From Candidatus Eiseniibacteriota bacterium (lineage in GTDB: Bacteria; Eisenbacteria; RBG-16-71-46; CAZAMP01): a stretch of DNA of 64,000 nucleotides. The notes under the pieces are model-generated. The model saw only the letters and a program-made list of their open reading frames with translations, did no database searches and was not told the DNA's origin. Of this stretch, positions 56,197-64,000 are shown piece after piece. Position 1 is the first letter of the stretch, and each line of letters opens with the position of its first letter. The translations under genes were made by a program, and so were the position numbers. The stretch covers positions 352,001 to 416,000 of the forward strand of contig OZ245046.1 in NCBI GenBank assembly GCA_965224245.1, written 5' to 3'.

Positions 56197-56793
56197 TCAT
56201 GTGTCGGGTCGCCCGCCGGGCTCATCCGACATCGCATGACGGAGCCACATCTTCGCGAACCACCACTCCCGCTGCACCGTGCGCCGTGAAAGATCGAGGA
56301 CATGCGCGATCTCGTCCTCGGTGAGCCCGCCGAAGAAACGGAGCTCGACGACCTGAGCGGCGCGTGCGTCCTTCTCGGCCAGCCGATCGAGCGCGTCGTC
56401 GAGCTCGAAGAGATCCACGTCGGCCCGGGCGAGGACGTTCAGACGCTCGTCCAGCGTGACGCGCTCCCAGCCGCCGCCGCGCTTGGCCGCCGCGCGCTCG
56501 CGGGCGTGGTCGACGAGAACCTGTCGCATCGCACGAGCGGCGACCCCGAAGAAATGGGCCCGGTCCTCCCATCGCAGGTCCGTTGCACCGACGAGCCTCA
56601 GGTAGGCCTCGTTGACGAGCGCGGTCGGCTGCAGCGTGTGTCCGGGTCGCTCGCGATGCATCAGGCCGGATGCGAGTCCGCGAAGCTCCCGTTGCACGGC
56701 GGCGAACAGGCGCTCGGCCGCCCCGGGGTCGGCGTTCGGCCCGGAGGCGGCGCTCAGGAGCTGCGTCAGATCGGGCGGCTGTGCGGACGTCAC
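56197..56793 (-). CDS. ECF RNA polymerase sigma factor, TIGR02999/ECF43-like
   Basis: DLTQLL, HTLQPTALVNEAYLRL, DRAHFFGVAARAMRQVLVDHAR, AAKRGG, VVELRFFGGLT, EWWFAKMWL. Confidence 0.95.
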   Translation of the reverse strand: MTSAQPPDLTQLLSAASGPNADPGAAERLFAAVQRELRGLASGLMHRERPGHTLQPTALVNEAYLRLVGATDLRWEDRAHFFGVAARAMRQVLVDHARERAAAKRGGGWERVTLDERLNVLARADVDLFELDDALDRLAEKDARAAQVVELRFFGGLTEDEIAHVLDLSRRTVQREWWFAKMWLRHAMSDEPGGRPDT

Positions 56794-56962
56794 GTCGTCG
56801 GTCTCTCATGGGGTGTGGTGTCTTCGCTCTCGCCCGGCGCGCCCGATCGGGCCGAGACGCTGCGGACGGAGCGGATCGAGAAAGGCAGGAAAAGTGTACC
56901 CGGCGTGACGCTTCCGGACAGGTTTCTCCGCAGGACAGGGTGGAAGGACGAAGTCGTTGACC

Positions 56963-56991
56963 CGTAAGTCTCTGGAATTCAGCGATCTCCG
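56963..56991. promoter_or_regulatory. 29-bp imperfect palindrome starting CGTAAGT, candidate binding site
   Basis: cgtaagtctctggaattcagcgatctccg; same length and CGTAAGT arm as the reverse complement of 17430-17458. Confidence 0.35.
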
Positions 56992-57022
56992 GAGATTCAC
57001 CTGAACCGTGAGGAGATCCTCC

Positions 57023-57727
57023 ATGTCGGCTTCCACTCGTTCGTCGGCCGTCCACGCCGCTCGGTGTCTGGCGCTTCTGTCACTCGTGGCCTCCACCGCC
57101 GCCGGGTCGCGGCAATCCGGGGCGAGCGCCTGCGGTCCGGACCGCGGGCAGGCGGCGCCGACCGCCGCCACGCCCACGGCGGTGGCGATCGCGGCCGGCA
57201 CCGTGCCGGTGACCTCCGCCATGGAGATCCCCGACGCGAGTGCCGACGGGCTGACCCTGGGTCCGCTCCGCATGACCGCGACCGGAGTCGTGGAGGGGGT
57301 CTCGCTGTCCGTCTCGATCGCCCACGCCCATGCCGGGGATCTGACGTTCGCGCTGACCCAGGATGTGGATGCGGACGGCGAGCCGGACCTCACCATCCCG
57401 ATCGTGATGGTCGACCGCCTGGACGGGCCGTGGGAGCCCGGTGCGTGTCCGGTGGTGCTGGACGGCGCGTATCTGTTCGAGTCGGATCCCGAGAGCGACG
57501 GATCGGGGCCGGGTGACGGCGTGACGGCGGCGAGGGCCGACGGCGACTGGTACCTGACGATCGTCGACGGCGCTCGCGGTGACGAGGGCTCGGTGTCGGC
57601 GTTCTCGATGACGGTGAAGACGGTGCTGGCGAGCGTCGAGCGCGCGCCCGAGTGGTACGCCGGCTCCGCACTCTCGGGGATCGGCGCCGCGTCCGGGACC
57701 TGTGGGTGTCGCGTGACGTCCGATTGA
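57023..57727 (+). CDS. Secreted protein with proprotein-convertase P-domain-like fold
   Basis: GAGGAG RBS; signal-like N-terminus; LSVSIAHAHAGDLTFAL and ADGDWYLTIVDGARGDEGSVSAFSMTV. Confidence 0.75.
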   Translation: MSASTRSSAVHAARCLALLSLVASTAAGSRQSGASACGPDRGQAAPTAATPTAVAIAAGTVPVTSAMEIPDASADGLTLGPLRMTATGVVEGVSLSVSIAHAHAGDLTFALTQDVDADGEPDLTIPIVMVDRLDGPWEPGACPVVLDGAYLFESDPESDGSGPGDGVTAARADGDWYLTIVDGARGDEGSVSAFSMTVKTVLASVERAPEWYAGSALSGIGAASGTCGCRVTSD

Positions 57728-57758
57728 CGTCGAGCGGAAAGGATGGCGGTGAGAGGCA

Positions 57759-57794
57759 GGCCCGATCGCGGGCCCGATCGCGGGCCCGATCGCG
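57759..57794 (+). repeat. 12-bp tandem repeat (GGCCCGATCGCG)3
   Basis: Three exact adjacent copies in intergenic DNA. Confidence 0.9.
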
Positions 57795-57903
57795 GGATGG
57801 CGGCCCGTTCGGGTTCCGGACGCGTGCTAGGATGGCCATTCTCAGCGTCGGGCCGAAGAGGCTCCGCGCGCATCCGGTTCACATCGGTCGAAGGAGTGAG
57901 TTC

Positions 57904-58632
57904 ATGCACGCCCATCCGCACACCGGTCGACATGCGCGGTCGCTCGCCCTGGTCGGCGCGCTGCACGTGGTCCTCACCGCGGCCGTCGGGTCCGGGTCAG
58001 CCCATGCGGGAGACGTGTCGTACATCATCCGCGGCACGGCGATGGGGGTGTATCACCAGCACATCGACGTCTGGGACGACACCTATGCGGCCATCGAGGA
58101 CGCCGGCGTCACCGTGAACGGGATCGTGATCCCACACGCCGGGGGCGCTCGCTACTCCGGAACGCTCGACGCGGCGCTGGTGCCGGGCGACCCGGTCGAG
58201 CTCGTGGTCGAGATCGGGGCCTCCACGGTGACTGCGACCGACGTCGTCCCCAACACCGCGGTCATCACGGTTCCATCCGATGGTCAGCTGATCCCCTTCG
58301 AGGAGCCGCTCGTCGTGGAGTGGACCTGCGAGAACGATCCCGACCGGTTCATCATAAGCCCCTACCCGTGCGACGGGAACTGCAACACCGACGTGGACGG
58401 CGCCCTCCGGAGCGCCGTGATTCCCACCGACCAGTTTCCCGCCGACGAGCCGGTGCAGATCCGCATCTACTCGTACAACGACGGCACCTACGATGGCCCG
58501 GCGCACGAGAGCTGCGCGATGGCGCTCCGCTACTGGCAGGGCCCGGGTCCGTTCGTCTCGGTGGATCCCGAGACGCCCGCGACCCGGACCTCGTGGACGA
58601 GCGTGAAGGCCCGCCATCGCGACGGCGAGTGA
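57904..58632 (+). CDS. Secreted Ig-like hypothetical protein with short C-terminal SW-x2-VK tail
   Basis: AAGGAG RBS before ATG 57904; signal peptide ending AHA; ends PATRTSWTSVKARHRDGE. Confidence 0.85.
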   Translation: MHAHPHTGRHARSLALVGALHVVLTAAVGSGSAHAGDVSYIIRGTAMGVYHQHIDVWDDTYAAIEDAGVTVNGIVIPHAGGARYSGTLDAALVPGDPVELVVEIGASTVTATDVVPNTAVITVPSDGQLIPFEEPLVVEWTCENDPDRFIISPYPCDGNCNTDVDGALRSAVIPTDQFPADEPVQIRIYSYNDGTYDGPAHESCAMALRYWQGPGPFVSVDPETPATRTSWTSVKARHRDGE

Positions 58633-58689
58633 GCCCGTCGGTCCCGCGGCCCCGTCGGCGCCGGGCGAGGCACGCGGCCCCGCGCAGCG

Positions 58690-58977
58690 TCACCCTCCGG
58701 AGATGGCCTGATGAATCAGGATGCCGTCTCCGTCGCGCAGCTCGGTGGTCATGACGTCGCGGCGGGGCAGACACGCATCGTTGAGGATGCACAGGATGTG
58801 CGGTCGCAGCTCGCCCGAATCCTGGAGCAGGTGATGGCGCAGCGCCGGCGCCTCGGCGAACGCGGCCTCCAGCGCCTCGCGAATGGTACGTCCCGTCAGA
58901 TCGAACCGGTGGCGTCCGGCCACGGCCGTCAGGAGCGAAGGTAGCTCCAGCGTCACCGACGGGACGCCCGCGCGCAT
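58690..58977 (-). CDS. MoaD/ThiS family ubiquitin-like protein
   Basis: 95 aa; LPSLL, GRTIREAL, GELRPHI, LRDGD, C-terminal AISGG; start overlaps the upstream stop (TGATG). Confidence 0.9.
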   Translation of the reverse strand: MRAGVPSVTLELPSLLTAVAGRHRFDLTGRTIREALEAAFAEAPALRHHLLQDSGELRPHILCILNDACLPRRDVMTTELRDGDGILIHQAISGG

Positions 58978-60098
58978 CACACCACCGCCGCCGAGACCGA
59001 GTTCACCGGCGGCAGGTACTCCGAGATCGCCGACCAGCTGGCGCCGGCGTCGGCGCTGGCGAACACCTGGCCCCCGCCGGTGCCGAAGTAGATGCCGCAG
59101 GGGTCGTACGCGTCGGACGTCATCGCCTGTCGCAGCACGCTCACGTAGGCGTTCTTCTGGGGAAGCCCTTTCGAGAGCTTCTTCCATCCACGGCCGTTGC
59201 TCCTGGGCCGGTACACGTTGAGCGCACCGTCGGTGGCGCGAAACGCGTATCCTTCGGGCTGCAGGGGGATCACGTAGCACGCGTCCGGATCGTTTCGATC
59301 GAGCGCGAGTCCGAAGCCGAAGTCGTATGGGAGTCCGTCGTCGATTCGCTGCCACGTGTCGCCGTGGTCATCGGACCGGTAGACGCCGACGTGATTCTGC
59401 TGGAACAGCCGTCCCCGCTCGGTGGGATGGGCGAGCAGCTTGTGCACGCACGTTCCGACGGTGGTCTCCTCCGGGGCCCCGGTGTACTTGGCGACCGCGG
59501 AGTTGATCGGTCTCCAGCGCTTGCCGCCGTCGTCGGTACGGAACGAGCCCGCGGCGGAGATCGCCACGTACATGCGCATGGGATCGTGCGGGTCGACCTG
59601 GATGCTGTGCAGGCTCTGTCCGCCTGCCCCCGGCGACCAGTCCTTGCGGCTGGAGTGGCGATTGATGGCGGTCACCGGCTCCCAGCCCTTGCCGCCGTCG
59701 TCGCTGCGGAAGAGCCCCGCCGGGGCCGTGCCGGCGTAGAGCACCTTCTTCTCCTTCGCCGGACCCGGCTCGATCAACCACAGCCGCTTGGTCATGTCGA
59801 GCCCGTACTGCCGGGCGAACTTCCGGGCCTTGGGGTTGAGATCCGGCGCCACCGGCGGATGCTCGGACGCGCGGAGCTTGTCCCCGGAGATCGGCCCCGA
59901 GAACGCGTTCGACGCGAAGCTGAAGTTCTCGGCCGCCACGTGCAGTCGCGGCGTCCCGCGCGTGTCGATCATGGCGTGGTGAACCGTCCAGCCCTTCATG
60001 AAGGGGCCCCGTGTGGTCCAGCGCCGCCGCTGTCGGTTGGATTCGAGGAGAAACAGACCTCGCTTGGTTCCCACGCAGAGAATCAACTTGTCCGCCAT
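58977..60098 (-). CDS. Cytoplasmic BNR/Asp-box (sialidase-like) beta-propeller protein
   Basis: VGTKRGLF; Asp boxes SDDGGKGW, TDDGGKRW, SDDHGDTW, SADAGASW; CVHK, QQNHVGVY, YDFGF; no signal peptide. Confidence 0.9.
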   Translation of the reverse strand: MADKLILCVGTKRGLFLLESNRQRRRWTTRGPFMKGWTVHHAMIDTRGTPRLHVAAENFSFASNAFSGPISGDKLRASEHPPVAPDLNPKARKFARQYGLDMTKRLWLIEPGPAKEKKVLYAGTAPAGLFRSDDGGKGWEPVTAINRHSSRKDWSPGAGGQSLHSIQVDPHDPMRMYVAISAAGSFRTDDGGKRWRPINSAVAKYTGAPEETTVGTCVHKLLAHPTERGRLFQQNHVGVYRSDDHGDTWQRIDDGLPYDFGFGLALDRNDPDACYVIPLQPEGYAFRATDGALNVYRPRSNGRGWKKLSKGLPQKNAYVSVLRQAMTSDAYDPCGIYFGTGGGQVFASADAGASWSAISEYLPPVNSVSAAVV

Positions 60099-60297
60099 TC
60101 GCAACCTTCCTCGCCACGACCGAAGTCGCCAAGAACGTGTGGGTGGGCTCGAGAACCGTGAGCGCGCGAGGCGCGCGGCGAGTCGGAAGTGTCCGATGTC
60201 GCCGCGCGCGATGCAACCGCCGCGCCACTCACCACCGCGTACCCCGAGCCGGGGACGCCGAGCAGGCGAGGTGAGAGTGCCGACTGTATACATGCCA

Positions 60298-60337
60298 CCG
60301 GTCCGCCGCGGTGGACCGGACGACCGCGGCGGACCGG
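60298..60337 (-). terminator. GC-rich hairpin downstream of the 60343-61989 gene
   Basis: Perfect 15-bp stem CCGGTCCGCCGCGGT / ACCGCGGCGGACCGG with a 10-nt loop, 5 nt past the stop; no U tract. Confidence 0.55.
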
Positions 60338-60342
60338 CCGGT

Positions 60343-61989
60343 TCAGTGCAGCCGAACCACGCGTGTGACGCGGGACACGCCGTCGACGACGGCGCGGGCG
60401 AAGTAGGTGCCGGGCGCGACCGGGTTGCCGTCGCCGTCCCGACCGTCCCAGCCGACGCGATCGAGCGCGGCCGGCGACGTCAGGCGCCGCACCACGCGAC
60501 CGCCCACGTCCAGGATCGTCACGTCACCACTCGCGCCGGGGACGTGGATCTGGACGAGGCTGCGGAACGGGTTCGGCTCCACCCGGAGGCCGAGCATGCT
60601 CGAGCCGGAGGTGGGATCACCCGCGGCCAGAAGATCTCCCAGCGTGCCGTCGGACAGGATCTTCTTCGCGTGGACGTCGACGTTCGTGGCACTGATGGGG
60701 CGCTCGAACACGATGATGCTCGCGTCGTCGGTGGTCTCGCAGATCTGGGGTGCCACGTACGCCGAGAGTGACGACGTGGAGACGACCTCGCCGCCCGGCG
60801 TCCACTGCTCCACGCCCGCCGCGTCGTACGTCTGAGCCATGAAGACCGCGTTGAGCGAGGGCCACGTGATCACGGCCTCACCGGCGCCGTTGACGCGCAC
60901 CCCGGGGCCGATGCTGGGCAGCCTGGGACCGACCACGACGCCGCCGCCCCAGCCCTGGGCACCCGCCCCCGACACGTGCGACAGCGCGATGACCCAGCTC
61001 CCGGCGCGCGTGTCGGCGTAGCCCACGTAGGCACCACCGCTGCCGTCGGCGGCCACGACCTGGCCGAACTTCGCGTTGGTGACAGGGCCGACCTCGAGAT
61101 CCGCGCCGCCGTTCCACAGCGTCGCTCCGCTGGCGTCGAGGCGCTGGGCCTTCAGATCCAGCCACGTGGAGCTCCAGGTCACGATCACGCCGCCCTGTCC
61201 GTCGGCGACGATCTCCACGTTCGGGTAGTTGGTGCCCGTGGTGCTGATGGTGACGTAGCCCCACTGATCGACACCGGCGGCGTCGATGCGGCGCGCGAGG
61301 ACCGATCCGATGGCGAGGTCGTTGACCACGAGGATGACCCCACCTGCGCCGTCGCTGGCCAGGCGCACGTTCCGCTCGGCGCCCGAGGTCGTGAAGAGCG
61401 CTCGCCCTTCCGCGGCCCACAGGCGATTGCCGTCCAAGTCCACCCGCTGGCCGTAGATGTCCTCCTGGTTGTAGCGACGCGTGTCGTTCCAGGCGATGAA
61501 CGCGCCGCCGGCGGGATCGGTCAGGATCCGCGGCCGGTACTGCTGTCTCAGCTCCTCACAGATCTCGAGGCCGTCGGCGACCCAGAGCTTGTTGCCGGCC
61601 GCATCGAAGCGCTGGCCGTAGACGGCGCCGCTCGCCACGCGGGAGTCGCCCCACACGCAGATGACGCCGCCGGCCCCGTCGCTCGCGATCCGCGGATCGA
61701 ACTGATTGGCGCCACCATCGCCGGCGAGCACGCCGTCGGGGGTCCACATCGCGTCTCCGTCGGCCGAGAGTCGCTGCACGTAGGTTCGATACACGCTGCC
61801 CCGGTAGTCCTCCCAGGCGACGTATGCGCCGCCCGTGCCGTCGGGGATCGTGTGGATCTTCCGCTGGTCCTGGGTGGCGGCGGTCACGACGTTGTCGACC
61901 GCGGGATCGGTCGACCACGTCGCCAGGCTCGGCGTGCTCGCGGCCAGGGAGAGGACCGCCAGGGCGATCGATCGGATCGGGACGGACAT
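60343..61989 (-). CDS. Secreted repeat protein (DG-x-GG-x3-x-W / QR-x-D-x-x-G-x3-W propeller-like) with FlgD-Ig C-terminal domain
   Basis: GGAGG RBS; signal peptide ending SLA; about 7 repeats; EPNPFRS...WDGRDGDGNPVAPGTYFAR. Confidence 0.9.
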   Translation of the reverse strand: MSVPIRSIALAVLSLAASTPSLATWSTDPAVDNVVTAATQDQRKIHTIPDGTGGAYVAWEDYRGSVYRTYVQRLSADGDAMWTPDGVLAGDGGANQFDPRIASDGAGGVICVWGDSRVASGAVYGQRFDAAGNKLWVADGLEICEELRQQYRPRILTDPAGGAFIAWNDTRRYNQEDIYGQRVDLDGNRLWAAEGRALFTTSGAERNVRLASDGAGGVILVVNDLAIGSVLARRIDAAGVDQWGYVTISTTGTNYPNVEIVADGQGGVIVTWSSTWLDLKAQRLDASGATLWNGGADLEVGPVTNAKFGQVVAADGSGGAYVGYADTRAGSWVIALSHVSGAGAQGWGGGVVVGPRLPSIGPGVRVNGAGEAVITWPSLNAVFMAQTYDAAGVEQWTPGGEVVSTSSLSAYVAPQICETTDDASIIVFERPISATNVDVHAKKILSDGTLGDLLAAGDPTSGSSMLGLRVEPNPFRSLVQIHVPGASGDVTILDVGGRVVRRLTSPAALDRVGWDGRDGDGNPVAPGTYFARAVVDGVSRVTRVVRLH

Positions 61990-62289
61990 GGTTCCTCCAA
62001 CGAAGGCTGAGACTCATGGCCCGGCTGGGCGAAAGGAGTCGGTCGTGCCTGAAGAACACCTCTAACCCGAGGAACCGCACACCCGATGGCCCGGAAACCC
62101 CGAGTCCGGCTCACGCCGAGCTAGAAGAGTGGAACGGGCACCGGAGACCGCATCGATCCGGGGCAATATCGAGATGTGTTTGGTAGAATGGATACGTTCG
62201 CCGTCCGGGACCGACGAGACCCGGGCCTGTTCTTCGAGTCGGCATCCTCGCCCGTGAGCTTCGCTCGCGTGATCCATCAGGAGTGCTCG

Positions 62290-64000
62290 ATGACGATCTC
62301 CCGCGACGCCGGCAGGATGGCGGCTCTCGGAGTCTGCCTCGCGACGGTCTCGTTGCCGGGCCCGACCGCCGAGGCCGAGTGCCTCTCGTACCGCGACCGA
62401 CTTCACGTCTCCGATCTCGTTCCGACCGGCTACACGCCGGGTGCGCTGGAGCGGGTCGGGACCACACTCTACCAGGCCGACGGTCAGCTGGGGCTCTTCC
62501 TGTTCGACGTCGCCGACCCGAGGCATCCGGTCGCGCTCGGCGCCGCCACGTCGCTCGAGCGGGCCTCGTCGCTCGCGGTCGAGGGAAGTGTGGCGATGGT
62601 CGCCGGACGCCTGGGCGGCGAGTACGGGTTCTTCTTCCTCGACGTGACGGCGCCGACGGCCCCGTCGATCCTCGGGAGCGTGATCTGGACCGACTACACC
62701 TCCAGAGGCGCTCTCTCGGGCGGTCGGGCCTACGGAACCTCCCGCGACGAGCTGATCGTCATGGACGTTGCCGACCCGAGCGCACCGTCGGTGCTGGGCA
62801 CGATCGGTCTCGCCGCAGATGCCAACGCATTCGCCGTGGATGGCGATGTCGCGTACGTCCACGTGGAGGACACCGGGCTTGCGGTGTACGACGTCTCCGA
62901 CCCGTCGTCACCGACCCAGCTCGCGCTCGTCGCGGAGCTGACCTTCGACGCGCGCACCGTGGCGCTCACGGGGGGAAAGCTCTGGGTCATCGATGACCGC
63001 CTCCAGGTCGTGAACGTCGAGGATCCCTCCCACCCGGTGATCGAGGAGACCCTGACGTTCGACGATCCCATCTGGGGAGTCCACGAGGACGGAGCGATCA
63101 GGTACGTCTACGGCGACTACGTCAGCGCGGCGCTCTCCGTCGACGAGGTCACCGGTGCGATCCAGGTGATTGCGTCGTGGGCGAGCCCCACGACGCTGGA
63201 CATGCTCGTCGTCGACGACGTGGCGATCTCCACGGCCCCGCACTATGCGGGGCTGGCGATCACAGACGTGGGCCGACTCGTGGCCGCCGAGCCGATCGCC
63301 AGCTACGGGACGGGCAACCAGAATCGGTACTCGGCCATGCAGTCGCCGTACATCTACAAGTCCGACGCGGACGTGGGCCTTCGTATCATCGACGTCGGCG
63401 ATCCTCTGCATCCGGTCGAGGTGGAGAACGTCCGCGACGTCTCGATCGATGGCTCGGCCGGGGTGGCCGTGGATGGGGACGTGGTGTACCTCGCCGCGGC
63501 GGACGGGATTCACGCGTTCGACGTGACCGATCCCACCGAGCTGCCGCTCCTGTGGTTCTTTCCGTGGTCGAGCAACGTGTTCGATCTGGTCAAGACGGGC
63601 GATCACCTCGTGTTCACGAGCCAGTCGGCGGTGGGGGTGCTGAAGCTCGGCGGTGCCTCGCCGGTGCTCGAGAGCGAGCTCGCCTACGACTGGGCGTGGA
63701 GCCTCACGGTCCACGGGGACTACGTCTACGTGTCGGACACCGCGGGCAGCGTGAAGCAGCTGGTCGTCCTCAAGCGCAACGCGGTCGGCCGGCTGGCGCT
63801 CTGGAACGTGGTGAACCTCGGCGTGATCATCCGCGAGATGGCGATCTCGGGAGACTACGGGTTCTTCGGCGGGCTCGGGGTCATGGACCTCTCCGATCCG
63901 GTCGACCCGTCCATCGTCGCGGGCTGGCCCGACCCCACGTCGTGGCTCTTCGAGGGAAAGGTGCTCCTGCACGACGACGTCGCGTACGTGTCGATGTTCC
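62290..64000 (+). CDS. 3'-truncated secreted LVIVD-repeat beta-propeller protein (absent from the ORF track because it has no stop in the window)
   Basis: AGGAG RBS, ATG 62290: MTISRDAGRMAALGVCLATVSLPGPTAEAECLSYRDRLH...LFDVADPRHP, VMDVADPSAP, VYDVSDPSSP; frame open to the end. TGGTAGAAT extended -10 at 62181-62189. Confidence 0.88.
   Translation, partial: MTISRDAGRMAALGVCLATVSLPGPTAEAECLSYRDRLHVSDLVPTGYTPGALERVGTTLYQADGQLGLFLFDVADPRHPVALGAATSLERASSLAVEGSVAMVAGRLGGEYGFFFLDVTAPTAPSILGSVIWTDYTSRGALSGGRAYGTSRDELIVMDVADPSAPSVLGTIGLAADANAFAVDGDVAYVHVEDTGLAVYDVSDPSSPTQLALVAELTFDARTVALTGGKLWVIDDRLQVVNVEDPSHPVIEETLTFDDPIWGVHEDGAIRYVYGDYVSAALSVDEVTGAIQVIASWASPTTLDMLVVDDVAISTAPHYAGLAITDVGRLVAAEPIASYGTGNQNRYSAMQSPYIYKSDADVGLRIIDVGDPLHPVEVENVRDVSIDGSAGVAVDGDVVYLAAADGIHAFDVTDPTELPLLWFFPWSSNVFDLVKTGDHLVFTSQSAVGVLKLGGASPVLESELAYDWAWSLTVHGDYVYVSDTAGSVKQLVVLKRNAVGRLALWNVVNLGVIIREMAISGDYGFFGGLGVMDLSDPVDPSIVAGWPDPTSWLFEGKVLLHDDVAYVSMF

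Noticed and set aside
57759-57794. Possible CRISPR or other repeat array
   Set aside because: The repeats are adjacent 12-mers with no spacers, and there are no cas genes. All other periodicity in the window is protein-repeat coding.
58690-58977. Assigning the gene symbol moaD or thiS
   Set aside because: The fold family is clear, but no molybdopterin or thiamine genes are nearby.
207-63972. Many long antisense or alternate-frame ORFs (e.g. 6453-8711, 7918-10116, 14682-17288, 31694-34099, 48722-51490, 52636-55116, 62908-63972)
   Set aside because: They overlap well-supported genes, are Arg/Pro/Gly-rich without motifs, and are expected shadows of high-GC coding sequence.
1-64000. tRNA, rRNA, integrase, transposase or prophage genes
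   Set aside because: None recognised by eye in intergenic or coding regions; a tRNAscan/Infernal run would be needed to exclude small RNAs.

Overview
High-GC (roughly 70% by eye), gene-dense bacterial window with no rRNA, tRNA, CRISPR array, transposase or phage gene that I can see. Two gene classes dominate it. (1) Signalling: four ECF sigma factors (three TIGR02999/ECF43-like with a T-[LT]-[QT]-P-T segment in place of the DAED motif, one with DTDD) and four Hanks Ser/Thr kinases. One kinase is membrane-anchored with TPRs. Three are cytoplasmic kinase + STAND (NB-ARC/COG3903-like) ATPase + TPR proteins, i.e. NLR-like. (2) About 20 exported proteins, mostly beta-propeller or beta-sandwich repeats (FG-GAP, LVIVD, HAF-like, Reg_prop-like, NHL), plus a full CLCA-like metalloprotease-vWA protein. 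These carry mutually exclusive C-terminal tags: an ~80-aa FlgD-Ig/T9SS-like domain (11 intact genes plus 1 remnant), a short P-x4-S-W-x2-[ILV]-K-[AS]-x-[YH] tail (5 ORFs), or a dockerin-like tail (1). Interspersed are a fused MFS/spermidine-synthase-like gene, a CDF exporter with a beta-barrel gene, a TetR-S9 peptidase operon, a GT-C-like membrane protein and a BNR-propeller + MoaD/ThiS pair. The gene content suggests an FCB-adjacent candidate lineage such as Eisenbacteria, Krumholzibacteriota or Latescibacterota (inference). Best candidates for an undescribed system: an NLR-like kinase to phospho-ECF circuit controlling a surface-protein arsenal, and a second short-tail protein sorting signal. 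All family calls come from motif recognition by eye; no searches were run.
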